Shown here in pieces: positions 11,926 through 26,100 of a stretch of 64,000 bases of DNA. Every line of letters starts with the position of its first letter. Positions within the stretch are counted from its first letter, which is position 1. Where the stretch lies: positions 201,970 to 265,969 of the forward strand of contig OZ199839.1 of NCBI GenBank assembly GCA_964304625.1, written 5' to 3'. This DNA comes from Kudoa neothunni (Eukaryota > Animalia > Cnidaria). Under the pieces are notes generated by a model, which worked only from the letters and a program-made list of their open reading frames with translations, had not been told where the DNA came from and made no database searches. Position numbers and translations under genes: made by a program.

Positions 11926-13110
11926 TAGGGGTTGCAATTTGCGACGACTATAATTATTTTGAGTGGCTACCAGTTAAAATAGAGATGAACCGTTAAAATG
12001 AAGCATCGAAACCATTGAAGCGCGTTCTTTTAGAATTTTTATAATTTAATTTCGAAAATCTTGGTTCTAAAGCGATAGATAAATGGGTAATGCCAACAAA
12101 TTCAACGAAAGTTTTGACAACAAGGAGAAAATATTGGATTTTTCCCTCCAGAAGTCTATAGTGATAGAAGGATGATTTGAATCCTTAAGCGCCTTACGAA
12201 GGAAATTGTATTCATCTCTAAGGATAACTTTGTCTTTAGTCCCTATTAAATAACAAAGATCATCAATATGTACATTTTCAATTGATAATGGCGTTGCTGG
12301 ATCAATGTTTTTTATTGTTTTAAAGAAAATGGCTGATGGAAAACAATAATTAATTCTATTTGATATAAAACCCAGGAGTTTTCGATGATGCTTCCGCGAA
12401 AAGATTCATTTTATGATAAAATTAGTTCTAATCTCAAATGGAAGAAATCCAAGATTATCTTTGTGATCATTCCAAAATCATTATCATTCAGTCAATTATA
12501 GTTGAGAAAAAAAATTATCGTTTGTTTCAGTATGTTCCGAAAATTCAACCAACGGCGTAAGTTCATCAATTAACACAGTGACAGAAAGAAATAAGACATT
12601 GACATTTTCCAAATTCTACAGGTTTAACTTCATTAGAAAATCAACAACAGCTGGGTAATATTCTTGTATTTGCTTTAAGCAATTGTATAAGCTATACCAA
12701 ACGGATATCCGTGACACGAGGAATTTCTTTGACTTTTTCAAAATTGTTGTTCTTGAGATGAATCAGAAATGTTCTCTTTGCATTTCTATTCTTTGACAGA
12801 ATAGATGAAAACTTCATGCAGAATTATTTAATATCCAAGAAATATTTGTCTGCAGCTTTTCGGACAGCAATGTGGATACATTTCCTTCAAATCTTTGATA
12901 AATTTTTTCATATATGACGTTGTAAGCTGTTGCTGTAAACAACGTAGCGAAATCCATATAACGCTTAGTTTTCAAATGATACTTTGGCTTATTTTTGAAG
13001 TATTTTAGGGTTCAATTATTTGTGAGGAAAATGTTTTTTAAAATAAGAGATTTTTAACTTTAATTTAAGCAGTAGTGAGTGATATTACCGATGTAAAAAT
13101 AAGGTAATGG
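11926..13110 (-). mobile_element. Degenerate hAT transposase relic
   Basis: Minus-strand fragments CIHIAVRKAADKYF, WYSLYNCLKQI and a dimerization-domain-like LSKLSLNLLALP...RFSKLN. TAGGGGTTGCA terminus-like sequence at 11926. Confidence 0.55.
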
Positions 13111-15192
13111 CTGTTGTGAAACTTTGCTGGTAAATTTTAATATTTTCAATAATTAACAATAATAAATAATAATGAGCTTTTAATATTTCTAAATGACTTT
13201 ATGTATGATATTTAAAATTTTAAACCATATTCCTAGATTTTCGGAGCATTTTATTAAACATGTTCCAACCTTAAATACTTCGATATAGATATCATATTCA
13301 CATTTTACGTAATTAATTCTTATTAAATAATTTAACAAATTAGATTATTTTTTGACATAAATAAATTTTTAACTCATTTTTGTATATATTAATAGTATTA
13401 ATTACGATGATAATTGTTGGGTATCGTGACCAGCAGTACGGTATCTGTTGAAGAAACCAAAAACGATTTCATGGGAACCAGAATTATCAGACGGACGTAC
13501 TCCGACCTCCAATAAGTGAGTAATGCAGTTAATTACAACATGGCACAATTAAAACCTGGGTAAAAATCACATAGAAATACCCAGAGGTGAATATACACAT
13601 ATTCGGCAATCGGGTGTAGGACCCGCCTCTTGGATACATTACTTTGGGACAACATTGAATCAGTTTTTGGCGCCCCTCATCGCATATAACGTTGCATTTT
13701 TGCATAAATTAGCATTCCTTTTTTTGAGTCTCCTCAATTGTTTTCTTTCTACCGCGTTCACTCGAGGATACAACAACAGTCACTAAGGTGTGATTCAATA
13801 ATCATTTTATTTCTATTTAATTATATTTGAACATCAAATTCATGTAATTATTAGTAATTTCACGTTGGCTGAAAATTTACGATTCAGAGTTAACGAAAAG
13901 TAATAAATAATTACGAAATAATTGTATTTTATACAATTTGGATACAGAGCACATCTCAACCCATTTTATGATGGCTATATGTGCATTTCCAAATAAAATA
14001 TGGAATAATTTTAAACGGTTTTATTCTTTTCTTTAAGAAACGAAACGAATGACTTCAAATTATCATCATTTTCATCACAAAAAAAAAAGGCTACACGGAT
14101 CAACCGAAAAATACATTATGTGGTAGTCACGTGATCTAATGAATTAATAATTTCACTATAAAATAAAAAATAAATTATGAAAATTTCCCATCGTTATTAT
14201 GATAAAAATATTATACTAAATAATAAAAATTACGAATCTAGCTAATTAATAAAATTCCTCATTATCGGTTACATTAATTGTATTAGATTTTCTTGTTTTT
14301 AATTTTTTATCTAATGTGTGATTCGAATTCTTGTATTAAAAACGATTGAAAAAGTGAGATTTGTTATCAAACGTATATACATATGCTACTTCAGGTGTTA
14401 TTATGTATCACAGGAATTGGTGTTATTTTATGGTGTTATAAAAAGTATGGTTGCCTCTCTTCTATTAAATGAAAAAGAAGCTATCATTACGTTAGAGAAA
14501 AAGAATTAAAGGAGATAGAATCAGCTTTTGTCATCTGATCAACACCGGAAAATTGACAGGGATGTCCGGCGAGGGGACTGTGACTCCGGAGGTCACGAGT
14601 TCAAAACCCTTATCGATACTATTTGCACGACCATTGTTTCTATAGTACGGGCTACAATTATTCAATTTATTTGTGTTTTCGGAATGTATGCTCATTATTG
14701 ATGCAACAAAACTGCAGATATATAATTCGGTCCGATCCAATGAGGAAAGTCCATAATAAACAAAAATACTGAAAGGCTAAGGAACCATCGCCATCAAAAA
14801 AATAAAGTTTGAGATGACATGGTTAGCGGGTTATATTCTCACATACTGCGAACGAAAGATTAAGTTAGAAGTTACATCATACAACTGCTTGCAGTATTTA
14901 GTGCGTTTGTGGATACAGCTAGACCAGACATATCCCCACTGTCTATGACAAACAGCTAACTTCACAAAATGATCTAAATATTTTCAACCTAAAAGATTGC
15001 TTTCAGCTGATTTAATCTGTTAAATATGACTGCAAACATGGTATGATGCGGTGCACATCTCTACTTATTATCAATTATTATTAACACTAGAAAATGCGAA
15101 AAAACAACACAAGACTACCATTATACATAAAACACAAAACAGAGCCAAAAATCGGTGGTAGACCAGAAACGTTTTATAAATACTGTAGAAAA

Positions 15193-18100
15193 TCATTTTG
15201 CCAAAATCTCAAGGATTTCATCTTGATTAAGCGACTCTTTCAATTCGAGTTGTTTCACCAACTAAAAAAAGTATTATTAATGCATAATAGAAACAGATAA
15301 TAATCAATTACCTGGAAATATTTAACTTCATTATCGGTGATAATTTTGAGAGTCTTTTTGTAGGCCTCTTCTATCAACTCTAATACGCGTGAATCCAATT
15401 TGGTGGCCAATGATTTGTCGAACAAATGAGCATGACCGATATCGGGAACCAAACTATTTTCCAACGAAGGAAAACAGGCATTTTGCATAACTGTATTGTC
15501 CATACCATAGACACCAATCTAAAAGAATTGGTATTAATTGATTTTTTTGACGGTAAAACTAGTTGATACATATGAATAGGCGAGTCTGGTAACTTTCTGT
15601 AGATCGTCCATTGCGCCGGTTGTTATTTTACCGATAAATTTGTGTTCCGCTACTCTTCCTCCAAGTAGTGCAACCATTTGTGACATCAGCTAAATCACGT
15701 TATTACAGGCGTATATTAGTGAATGCGAAAAAAATTATAAAAGTTTTGATAAGAAAAATAATTAATTTTTAGACAGCGGGATGAAATGAGATAGCAAGAG
15801 AAACGCTCACCTCACGACGAGTGACCATGTATTGATCTTTGGGTATGAACAAGTTGTAACCAAGCGCTTTACCTCTTGGAACAATAGATATCTATACGCG
15901 CATTTAGACGATAACACAATGAAATCGAAGAATAGACAAACCTTTCCAATGCGCGTAGGATCAGCTCCAAAATAACTAGCAATAGCATGACCGGATTCGT
16001 GGATCGCAATAGTATGCTTCTCTTCTGGGGAATATTTTTTGAGATTGCTACTGCCAGCAACAACCCGATCAATAGCGTTATCAAAATCGCTCGGCTGCAC
16101 AAATGTAGCGTTGTTTCTAACAGCCAACATTGCAGCTTCATTACAAATATTAGCTATATCAGCACCACTGAAACTTGCAGTAGAATCAGCTAGTCTTGAG
16201 GCAAGTTGTTTCAGTTTAGTAGTATCATTTCGGTCGATAAGTTTTATTTGTTTTAGGTAGTGTTCAAACAGCTCCTCACGACCTTTCTTATCAGGTTCGG
16301 TCAAATGTATGTGTCGATCAAAACGACCAGGGCGAAGTAATGCCTTGTCGATGGAATCAAGTCGATTTGTAGCCGCTATGACAACCACTCTACTGTCGGT
16401 TGTAAAACCATCCATCTCAACTAGAATCTGATTGACAGTGGAATCGTTTTCGCGATGACCAGCCAATGATTTTCCCTCGCGACTTGTGGCTATGGAATCG
16501 ATCTCATCGATGAAAATAATGCATGGAGCGTTCGATTTTGCCACCTTGAATAAAGATCTAATGTGGTAGGCCCCCATTCCAACCAAACTTTGAACGAAAT
16601 CCGAACCAGTTGTCTGATACAATGGTACACCACATTCATTGGCTAATGCTTTAGCAAGGAGTGTTTTACCAGTACCCGGAGGGCCATACAATATGGCGCC
16701 CTAACAAGAAAAATTTTACTGATTTATACAATAATCTTAAGCTAATTTAGTGATTGTCTAATGGAATGGTATAACTTAGAATATTGTGACGGTTTGTACA
16801 AAATAAACCTTTAATTGCATGTCAACATGGACGAATGCCATTTATTCTTTCTATATCTCCTGTTTATATAGATATTTCTATTTCTATAAATGGATAATTT
16901 TTCGTTTATTTTAATGTTCCAAAAATGATTTAATATTAAATGATGCCATGAGCATGTGTTTTATTTAATCTTCGTACCATCCACTTATCGGTTACATATA
17001 CGATCGAACCTAGATTATCCGGAAGATATTTTAAATTTTATTTCGATTTTATTGAAATTACGTCTCGATAAATGTTCGATTATCTGGAATCTCGGAAACC
17101 GTAACAACTATTTAATCATAATTTGGGATAAAAATACCGCCAATCACCGTACGACATATAGCGCATATAGCAATGTAATATTTAACCCTTTCGTACCCCA
17201 ATTTTTTATTTTATTTCATGATTTTTTATATATATTACAGGAACTCAATATTTTAAATTGTATGATTTTATTGTGATAGAAATTAATTAGACGTATAGTT
17301 TCAGCTGTTTTTAATGTGGGTACTAGAGTGGACATTTGGCATGAAAGGGTTAAAACAAAAATATTTATAGGTTAATTGTTTATAAGTTTTTCTTTAAAAC
17401 CTAAGTTAAGCACTCAGTTCTTATATAAATTTCGACTATATCTGAACATATGCTCTTATGTATATTAAACAAAAATTAATTATCGATTATTTAAAAAAGT
17501 ATACTGCTCCTCTCCCATAGTTGTGTATTGTTTTTGGTTTTACCTTCCGAGCGCTTCAAATTCGACTATACACTTATACACTTAGTGCTTTTGGGATCTA
17601 TTAGACCCACTTTTTTCTTTAATATTATGAATGTAAATAATTTTTAAAATTTCATCATGCAAAAATAAAAAAATTCTATCGACAAAATAGCACAATATTG
17701 GCAAAAAACATGATTGGCGAAAGTTTTCCGATACCACCCAAATAATGTTTAGGGCTTATATATTCTTGTTAAATAAATTTTTACGAAATATTATTTGAGA
17801 TTAACTCTCGAAAATATTAAAAATAATATTTTATCAATTATTTCATATATAATTAATTAGATTAAAGCATTACGACACAGCAAATAGTTATCAACAAAAT
17901 GGACTAAAAAGGTCTCCAACGTTCAACTTAATCACCCCTACAAATTTAAACATACGAATAACAGCGCGCGCAAAAATCTTTTTATTTAAATCCCTTTGGT
18001 TTGTATTTCTAGACTGCACACAATTATCATTGCTGGCTCGTAATATTAAAACTGACCCATACAAGTTTAATCTTAGGAATGGGACGCACGCGCAAATCAA

Positions 18101-19546
18101 TATTTGTATTTCATATGATTTATTTGAATGTGCTATTTTTACTGTATATGTTTCAGAATCTGCTGCCGTTAATTTATTCGGGCTCAATATCACATACATA
18201 TGACAATAAATGATCCACAATAGTCGTAATAATTAGCATTCCAAAAGTTTAATCTAATTTATATTCGCGCATGCGCGGGTAGTGAAAAATTTCGATTTAA
18301 AATTCCCGCCTCGCAACATTTTACGAATAAAATACAAATAAACTGCACAAATAATTTTATTTTATTGGACACTTGAAAGTGTAGATGGATTTAAATAAAA
18401 AATAAAACTCAACTAAAATTAATCCCCCCAAGAGTTATTTCAAAAATTAATGGCCATTCGAATTTAATAATAATAATAATTATGGTATTATTAAATTGTA
18501 AAAAAATGTTAATACCTTTGGAGTTTTTGCTCCCATTTTTTTGTAGTACTCGTTGTTGGTAAGAAAATCCGAAAATTCCTTCACCTCGATTTTGGCTTCA
18601 TTGCATCCAAGCACATCACTAAATTTCACGTTGGTTTTGGTTGGTTGGTACATTGGATTTTCGGAGAAACGGCCCTATAACATAAAACACATCGATTACA
18701 TTCGGAATAAATCAAACAGCCAAGCTACAAGTATGTCTTGAAATTTGAATGCACTTTTCGTCCTCGGGAAAAACATGAACCCCAATATAATTCCCATTAC
18801 CATAACGGAATAGTACAAATAACTTAAAACCATAGAAACCGCTGTTGGTCTAAATCAATATCAATGTTGACATCGACAAAAACACACATCACATACAAAC
18901 TATTATCGTTATAGACAAAGCTCAAATTCTTAAGGAGATCCACTTGTTCGTTGGCCATTTGGAAAATTTTATCGTAAAAGCTGTTCAAACTGCCCAAACT
19001 GATGGGTATCATTTCGCCCATTCGAGACGATAACGCGTCATTTACAACAGCGAAGCATTTACCAGAAGAACTGTTTATTATCAATGTGACTTTTCTACCT
19101 TTTCGAATGTAATCGTCGACAAAGTTTGTCCATGTCATTTCTTGTTGATCGGCATTATCTCTGAGCGAATTCAAAAATCCAAACACACCAGCCCCAATCA
19201 TAACAACAAGAAAACGTCCTATTAGGGGCATTTTTTCACGAATTTTCTGTTGTGGTTCATCGAATTCATCCTTGTTGTAATCTTGGGGTTTGTCATTATT
19301 ATTGCTGCGATTTGTGGTAGTTTTATCATTTGAAGATTGATTTTTTGTAGAAAAATCTTTCTTGTCTTTGGTCTCACTGCCGGGAACATTATTTTGAATT
19401 CGATTTTGACTACATTTCACATAGCGACTTATTCCAATCACATATTTATCTGTTAGATATGAGGCTGTGAATAGATTGGGCTGGGGTTTATATTGCAAAT
19501 TTTTTAAATGGTGCAACCATTTTGTTGTTGAACTCAATCTGAGCAT
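15193..19546 (-). CDS. AFG3L2: Mitochondrial m-AAA metalloprotease (AFG3L2/paraplegin family), spliced
   Basis: Basic presequence, TM segments, Walker A GPPGTGKT, Walker [16 protein letters not shown]...[10 protein letters not shown] and HESGH zinc motif. A 1815-nt intron spans 16701-18515; stop at 15193-15195. AFG3L2 versus SPG7 is not resolved. Confidence 0.9.
17186..17349. mobile_element. piggyBac MITE in the AFG3L2 intron
   Basis: TTAA|CCCTTTCGTACC...GGCATGAAAGGG|TTAA. Confidence 0.8.
17541..17890. mobile_element. Terminal fragment of piggyBac family B
   Basis: Colinear high similarity to 57072-57410 (CCTTCCGAGCGC...AGTGCTTTTG). Confidence 0.8.
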
Positions 19547-19728
19547 AAATAATAATGCGTGTTAACGTCTAGCGGCGTGCGCAGTATACAATGATAATTT
19601 GTTTTAGCATTTGTTGGATATTTTTGGATTTTTCGTACAAACTAAAAATTTCTTTGTGTCCATATTCAATTTAAGTTTTCGAATGTCCCCAAGGTAGAAT
19701 TGTTCAAACTACAAAAACAAATAACTTT

Positions 19729-19740
19729 TGCGCATGCGCA
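19729..19740. promoter_or_regulatory. NRF1-type palindrome TGCGCATGCGCA upstream of AFG3L2
   Basis: Exact NRF1 consensus about 185 nt upstream of the ATG, in very AT-rich DNA. Confidence 0.55.
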
Positions 19741-19824
19741 TGCTTGGATCCTCGTTAAGGTGATTTAAATGCATTGTCTTTTTAGGACTTGAAAGAATAA
19801 CTTAAGGAATTTTAAACTTATCTA

Positions 19825-20075
19825 GCCCTTAAAAGCTAACTCCGAGCTCCGTTATACCGCTTTTATATTATCTTGCGTATACATTTTATTGCTAAAATAG
19901 TTATATTTTGTGTAATTTTGTCAGAATTTAATTTACAATTCTGTAAAAATATTACCAATTTACTGATACATTAAGTTGAATCAAATTCACAGCAAAAATA
20001 CACATAATATAACAATTTTCATGACAAAATAATAAATAGATGGACACGTAGAGCTCAAGGTTAGCTTTTCTAAGT
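19825..20075. mobile_element. Degenerate piggyBac MITE (family of 6678-6904)
   Basis: CCCTTAAAAGCTAACTCCGAGCTCC ... GAGCTCAAGGTTAGCTTTT ends and a similar interior. Confidence 0.6.
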
Positions 20076-20239
20076 GTACTTTAGCGTACTTTAGTTGAAG
20101 ATAACTTTTAAATTATTCCGGAAATGATAAAGTAAAAAAAACAACCTTTTAACGTTATATAACTATTTAAAGCAATATCTTCAAAAATTCTGCTCTTAAT
20201 AAATATAAATCAGATAAATCGTTACTATACTTTCTAAAG

Positions 20240-21689
20240 CAGTGTTTCTCTCCAAATTTTACAATCGTACTCCCATGCCAATATCCATGTGAAAGTCAAG
20301 GCTTAATTTTACTTATTATTTAAATGCGAAAATAATAATACCAGTAAAAACGGTTTAAAATTATACGTTCTATTATTTTAAATGATATTTTAATTTTCTG
20401 AATTATTTTTAAAATGAATTAATTGAAAAAGAAAAACTTATCTTTTCCTCCCTCATAACATGACATGACATGACATGACATAACATAACATAACATAACA
20501 CTCAACAATTGAAACTATTATTAATTCCCGCTTGAAGATACCATTTTTATGTAAAGTAATAAATAATTCTAATTAAAAAATGTTATCACACTTATATCGA
20601 AATAGTAGAAAACAAATTTATATAAAAGTAATATTAAATTATGGTGATAAAAAATATAATCACTCGATTAAGTTCTGTATTTAAAGGAGAAATTTAAAGA
20701 AGTCAAATAAATATATCTAATTCATATACTTCATAAAATAATCACCATTTCGAGAAAATATTATTTGGAATCTAATTGATCTGACGACTTTCTCGGTTTT
20801 GCAGGTTTTTGATAAATAATTCAATGCGTGGCACATTGTTACTCAATGATACTTGCAAATCGTGTGTGTGTGTGTGGGGGGGGGTTCGGGTAATTTTCGA
20901 TACTTTTTATTAGTATACAATAAAGTCGAGAAGCCTGCTCATATACAATCTTGTGCTAGATAAATCCAACGAATTCATTATTCTATATTGGGTCATATCT
21001 TAATTTAAACTTTGTGGCAATGGGTTAAGAAAAATTCAGAAAATTCAAAACAGATTCCTTCTTAATGTACCCGAATATAAATCATTTATATACTCTGTTA
21101 AAATTGACATTCATTTGTTTAAATATATAAATGAATTATCCTATTTTTGTTGTACCAACATTTTTAAAGACAAACTGGCCAAAATTCATGTCAGAGACTT
21201 CGTACAGATCCCAGCATAAAACTTAAAATGCAACATAATAAGGAATATACAATTAAATGATGGATATCGAATTTAGACAGGAAAAAATGTTCGAACCACA
21301 TCGTGGTTTTATTTGTAGTGGTATAAGCTTGTTCTAAGTAGATAAAATGCTGACAACCTAATTAGATTTTAAGCATATAAATATGTTACCTTAAAAGATT
21401 ACAAAGTTACGATTTTACATGAAAATATCTAGTGCTAGACTTTGTATGTTTAATAGGCTTAATATAAACTATTACTTTACTGAGCCATTTTGTAGAATTA
21501 GGTAAAATAAACAAATTGGTAACAAAATAACCAATAAGATTATTACACACATTACGTCCTTACATGATTTAAACGGGGACTAACGAAAATTACGACATGA
21601 ATATATTAAGACTAATTTTTAAGTTTATTCTAGAACGACTCCCGCATCGCCAATAGCAGCTTTTCTTCACCCCCTGTAGGAAAACACTG
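20240..21689. mobile_element. hAT Charlie-type non-autonomous element
   Basis: CAGTGTTTCTC...GGAAAACACTG termini. Flanks TTCTAAAG and CTCTACAC resemble a degraded nnnTAnnn TSD. Confidence 0.55.
20454..20500. repeat. (CATGA)n/(CATAA)n pentanucleotide microsatellite
   Basis: Read directly from the sequence. Confidence 0.9.
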
Positions 21690-23180
21690 CTCTACACTAA
21701 CCTTGTTGTAGTTTCGATTTATATGGGATGAATTTTTGTTGAACTATTTTTTATAAATTTAATTCGTTTTGATATGTAATGGTAAATCAAGTGATTAAAA
21801 ATAATGAACCAAATAGGATTAAAACTATTAAAAAATAATTATTATGTCTATCAAGATGCGTGCGTTTTTTACAATTAATAAATAAATTAATTGTAAGAAA
21901 TCTTTTAGCTTTTTGGCATTTATTCTTACTATCAGGAAAAATTATTCAAATTTGTAATGAATGATTATGCGCTTATTTTATGGATCATAATTATCTTCCG
22001 CTCAAAGTAAGCACTAATCAGGAAATATTTTTAGATAGGCATTCCTAGCAAACCTCAGCTGTAATAAATAAAATTTCACATAGAATAGGGGAAAGAAATT
22101 TCGTGCACTCGAGGCCCTAAACAATTATATTTTAATTACGAGCTAAAAAAATTAGGAAAATTTTTAATCCTCTTTTTTCTAAAACCATTGCTATTATTGT
22201 TATTAAACTCTTGTTGACATCGTTATTTTAAAAGTCGCCCCATATTTTCATCATAAGAATAAAATTTTGAAAACAAAAATTTCAAAATACGTGATATAAT
22301 TTTGTAAGAGAGTATTCAAAATCATTCGATGAGGAGAATAGATAACCTAAAACAATGTTATCTCGATAGTCCTTATTATACATAAGTTATAATGTGGGTT
22401 TATTCCCTGTTACGATGATAGACGAGAATCAAATTATGTAATACAAAGGTGATTCTCAATTAATTTAATTTAAAAAAGAATGGATAAAGTGAAAAATTTG
22501 CTCAATAAGACCCCATATCCGTATTCTATTGTTTTAAGCGATTCGGCTATTCGCAAAAAATTATAAATTATTTATTGATTTAATCGCAGCGGTGTAGATC
22601 GGCATAATTATCACTCGGGTGCAGTATCACAGTGATTCTCTGTTTGGTGCGGTGCTTGGGAGTCACTAATTTTGAAAAATTTTTGTATTATCAAATGTGT
22701 GAATTTTTTCTGTGCACCTACAAAGACAAAAGGCTGGTGGTGGACGTGTCTAACTACTTGAGACGAAATCACGCTCCAAACGATACCTTCACCAACAATG
22801 AAGATGTAAATTAAAAAATTTTTAGTTTAAATACCTGTAATGTGCCAGATGTCTCTCTTTATCAATACGATTTTTAATCACCTCTTCCATGGGGGATTAA
22901 ATATCTACCTCATTGATTTATTTCCACGCTAAAATCATTTTCGGCTATTTAACATTTTTAACATTACAAATTATGCAATTACATCTATAATAATTTTTTT
23001 ATTATGCTCGTTGGACAAATTTTTTTTAATTAATTAGTATTTTCGTTTCTATTGTATTGGAAATATAACCAGATATTTCGTTGTAGAATATAACAACTGG
23101 ATGGGTTAAATTATGAATTCTTTGTTAATAATAGCAACAACACCAATTGCAACATTAATAAATAATCTGCATCATAATAG

Positions 23181-26100
23181 GTGGAATTGGGAGATATCGA
23201 GTTTCTAAAAGATGCTAAACAACGACTTTGTAACGTGTTGCAAGATATTTTGGACGCCAACAATAGAGATAACACTAACGAATTATTCATTGAGGTGATT
23301 CTATCCAAGGAACTCACTCAAAATCAATACCAACAACCCATCACAGACGAATGTTTGAGATATGTTGAAGAGAAAATTAATGTGAAGATGAAGTACTTAC
23401 AGAAAAAGTCTTCTAATTCGAACGGCATTCACACCAATCTGCAATATTTGTGCCAGAAGAATCAAAATACTACCAATTTCTCAGAAGTGAGGTGAGTTGA
23501 AGTGTGTAATTGTTCAAATTCACACCATCTGTTATGTAGAGTGGCGGTTGTTGGTAATGTGGACGCGGGAAAAAGTACCCTGCTAGGTGTGTTAAGTAGG
23601 GATTGCTTGGATGATGGTCGAGGAAGTGCAAGGGTGCGTGTTTTCCGACACCAGCACGAAATCGATTCAGGAAGAACCAGCTCCGTTGGAACAGTTGTGG
23701 TTGGATTCGATAACGAAGGAAATATTGTCAAACGCTCCCACCAATCTCACACTAACAAGGATCGAGCAAACTATCGAGATGTTTGCATGAGTTCATCAAA
23801 AGTATATTCACTAAAGTTTAATTCATTACAAGTTGGTCTCAAATTCTATTGATAGGTTGTGCTGTTTGTGGATTTGGCTGGACATGAAAAATATCTAAAA
23901 ACCACAATATTCGGGCTGCTTGGTCACTATCCTGATTATGTGCTTCTTGTTGTTGGTGCTAACATGGGCACTATTGGTATGACACAAGGTAACGCGGATG
24001 ATACTTTGGATTGTTTTTAATGACTTTTTTCAAATTTCTCATCACTAGAACATCTCAATCTTTCAATATCGATCAATCTGCCTACATTCATAGTTGTCAC
24101 CAAAGTTGATATCTGCCCTCCAGATGTTTTGACAGCAACCAAAAAAAGTATCTCCAAACTAATCCGAGATACCAATAGAAAGGCTTATCTCATAAGAAAC
24201 GAAAGCGATGCCATAACAGCGGCTGTTAATTTTAATCTGAGGTAAATTGGGTGTTATATTTTGACTTAAAGCGGCCGGCCCGGTCGACTAATAATTTCAC
24301 TAATTTTTTTATTTAGGATGTGCCCAGTATTTTTGGTCTCTAGTGTGACCGGAGAAAGCATTGACACGTTGAAGGTGTTTTTGCAGCTTCTTATTCGAAA
24401 AACAACTTCTTCCAGTTGTGATCAACCCTCGTTACTTCATATAGATGAGGTGTATCGAGTGCCGGTATTTTTGCTATATTATGCTTTGAGGCCTTTTTAA
24501 AAATAGTCCCCTCTTTCGAATCGAATATGGGATGAAAATGTTTCCATTCCTTTTAATAATAAATTTTTTTCATTATTTATTGTAACAATTTTTTAAAAAT
24601 TATGGTAACGATTATACTGAAATAATATTTATAAATTCAAGAATAAATAAAAGTAAATAATCATCTTTAATCTTATTCACTGTGATTTGAATTAGTTCAC
24701 CCGCGACCGCCAGGAGTTTATTCTCTTTATTTGCAACATTAAGTTGATTAATCCTTAAATTTCAAGCTGAGTAGTTTGTTATAAAGTTGAATGAGTTAAA
24801 TTCACTTAATAATAGAGGAGTTGTGTATTGGACCAAATATAATTGACACATGATGTGTTTAGATCTACAATTAATTTTTTGATACATAACCGCGTTTATT
24901 TGGATTTTAAATAATTGAATAAGGCGCTTTATTAAGAATCAACCAAATCTGTAATCAATAAATCTGAACCATATGGATTAAAAATTGAGTTCATGCGTGT
25001 GTAAATGATATTTACTATAGGGCTTGGGTTTTCCCCTAGTTCTTGGGGGTTTTTTCATTTTTTACAAAGTCTTGGGTTTTTATTGGAAACCTGTAAGCAT
25101 TGAATAATAAGACAAGTTTTTTATGTGCCGCATTAATATTTATATTTTTAATAACGTATCCTATTCAGATTATATCATGCAGGGTTTAAACGGTTACGAT
25201 ATTGAATGACGACACTTTAGATTGTTTATCGTGACACGACTGCATAATGACTTAGTAAACATTGTCGCACGTTATTAGAAAATATATTTTGAACTGTGAA
25301 GCAATTAATTTTGAGCATATTAATCTATCTATACTAGATATTAAGTATGAGTTAGTGTTCCCGCCAAAAAATTGCAATAATAGGAAAACAAATTTAGATT
25401 TAATATCCGAAGACGTAATTATAGAATCGAAAGAAGTTCAGAAACTTTAATGGGTACGATTCTACCTTTTGTTGTACTATAAAATAACGTTTTTCTCGAC
25501 CTTTGATTTGTTTACTTTAACTTTGGTTTTTCTAAAACCCCGCTGGCAGCCCTGATTTACCATAGATCCTGTACAGATCATACACAAACTTTAATAAATA
25601 TAATTCTATTGGCCGTTGAATCCAAATACAAATTTTTCAAACTTGTATGACTGCTAAAAGTTTCATTACTTGCTGCTGATACCGATACCACCACATTGCG
25701 CACAAATCTTTATTGGGGATTTTAAATATGTGCGAATTCGATTAATTATCGTCTATAAAATTCAAAAAATTATGAATTGCAATAAGAGCTTAACAGTAAT
25801 TATTTAAAAACAATTTAAATTAGATGAGGAGGGATAGACCTTCGAATTCTCCTCTAATGATTGGGAGGGTGAAAAATTTGTTCGAGTATTCTTTTCTATT
25901 AAATAGAGAGTATTAAGTTTATTAAATAAGATAACTTAAATTATACTTAAGACGCTAATAGATGTTTTAAATAATTTTGTGCGTTTAATATATTTTTTTG
26001 TTTTTCGTAAGTGAAATATGGAGGAAAAATGTTAAAATAATAACCTATTGATCAGTATTATTAAATTCGGATCTATTCGAAGAAAAATTATGGAATTAAG

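Noticed and set aside
15807-16691. Bacterial ftsH
   Set aside because: Spliceosomal introns and a mitochondrial presequence show it is a nuclear m-AAA gene.
16999-17103. Tiny pogo-like MITE in the AFG3L2 intron
   Set aside because: The termini are too degenerate to support a call.
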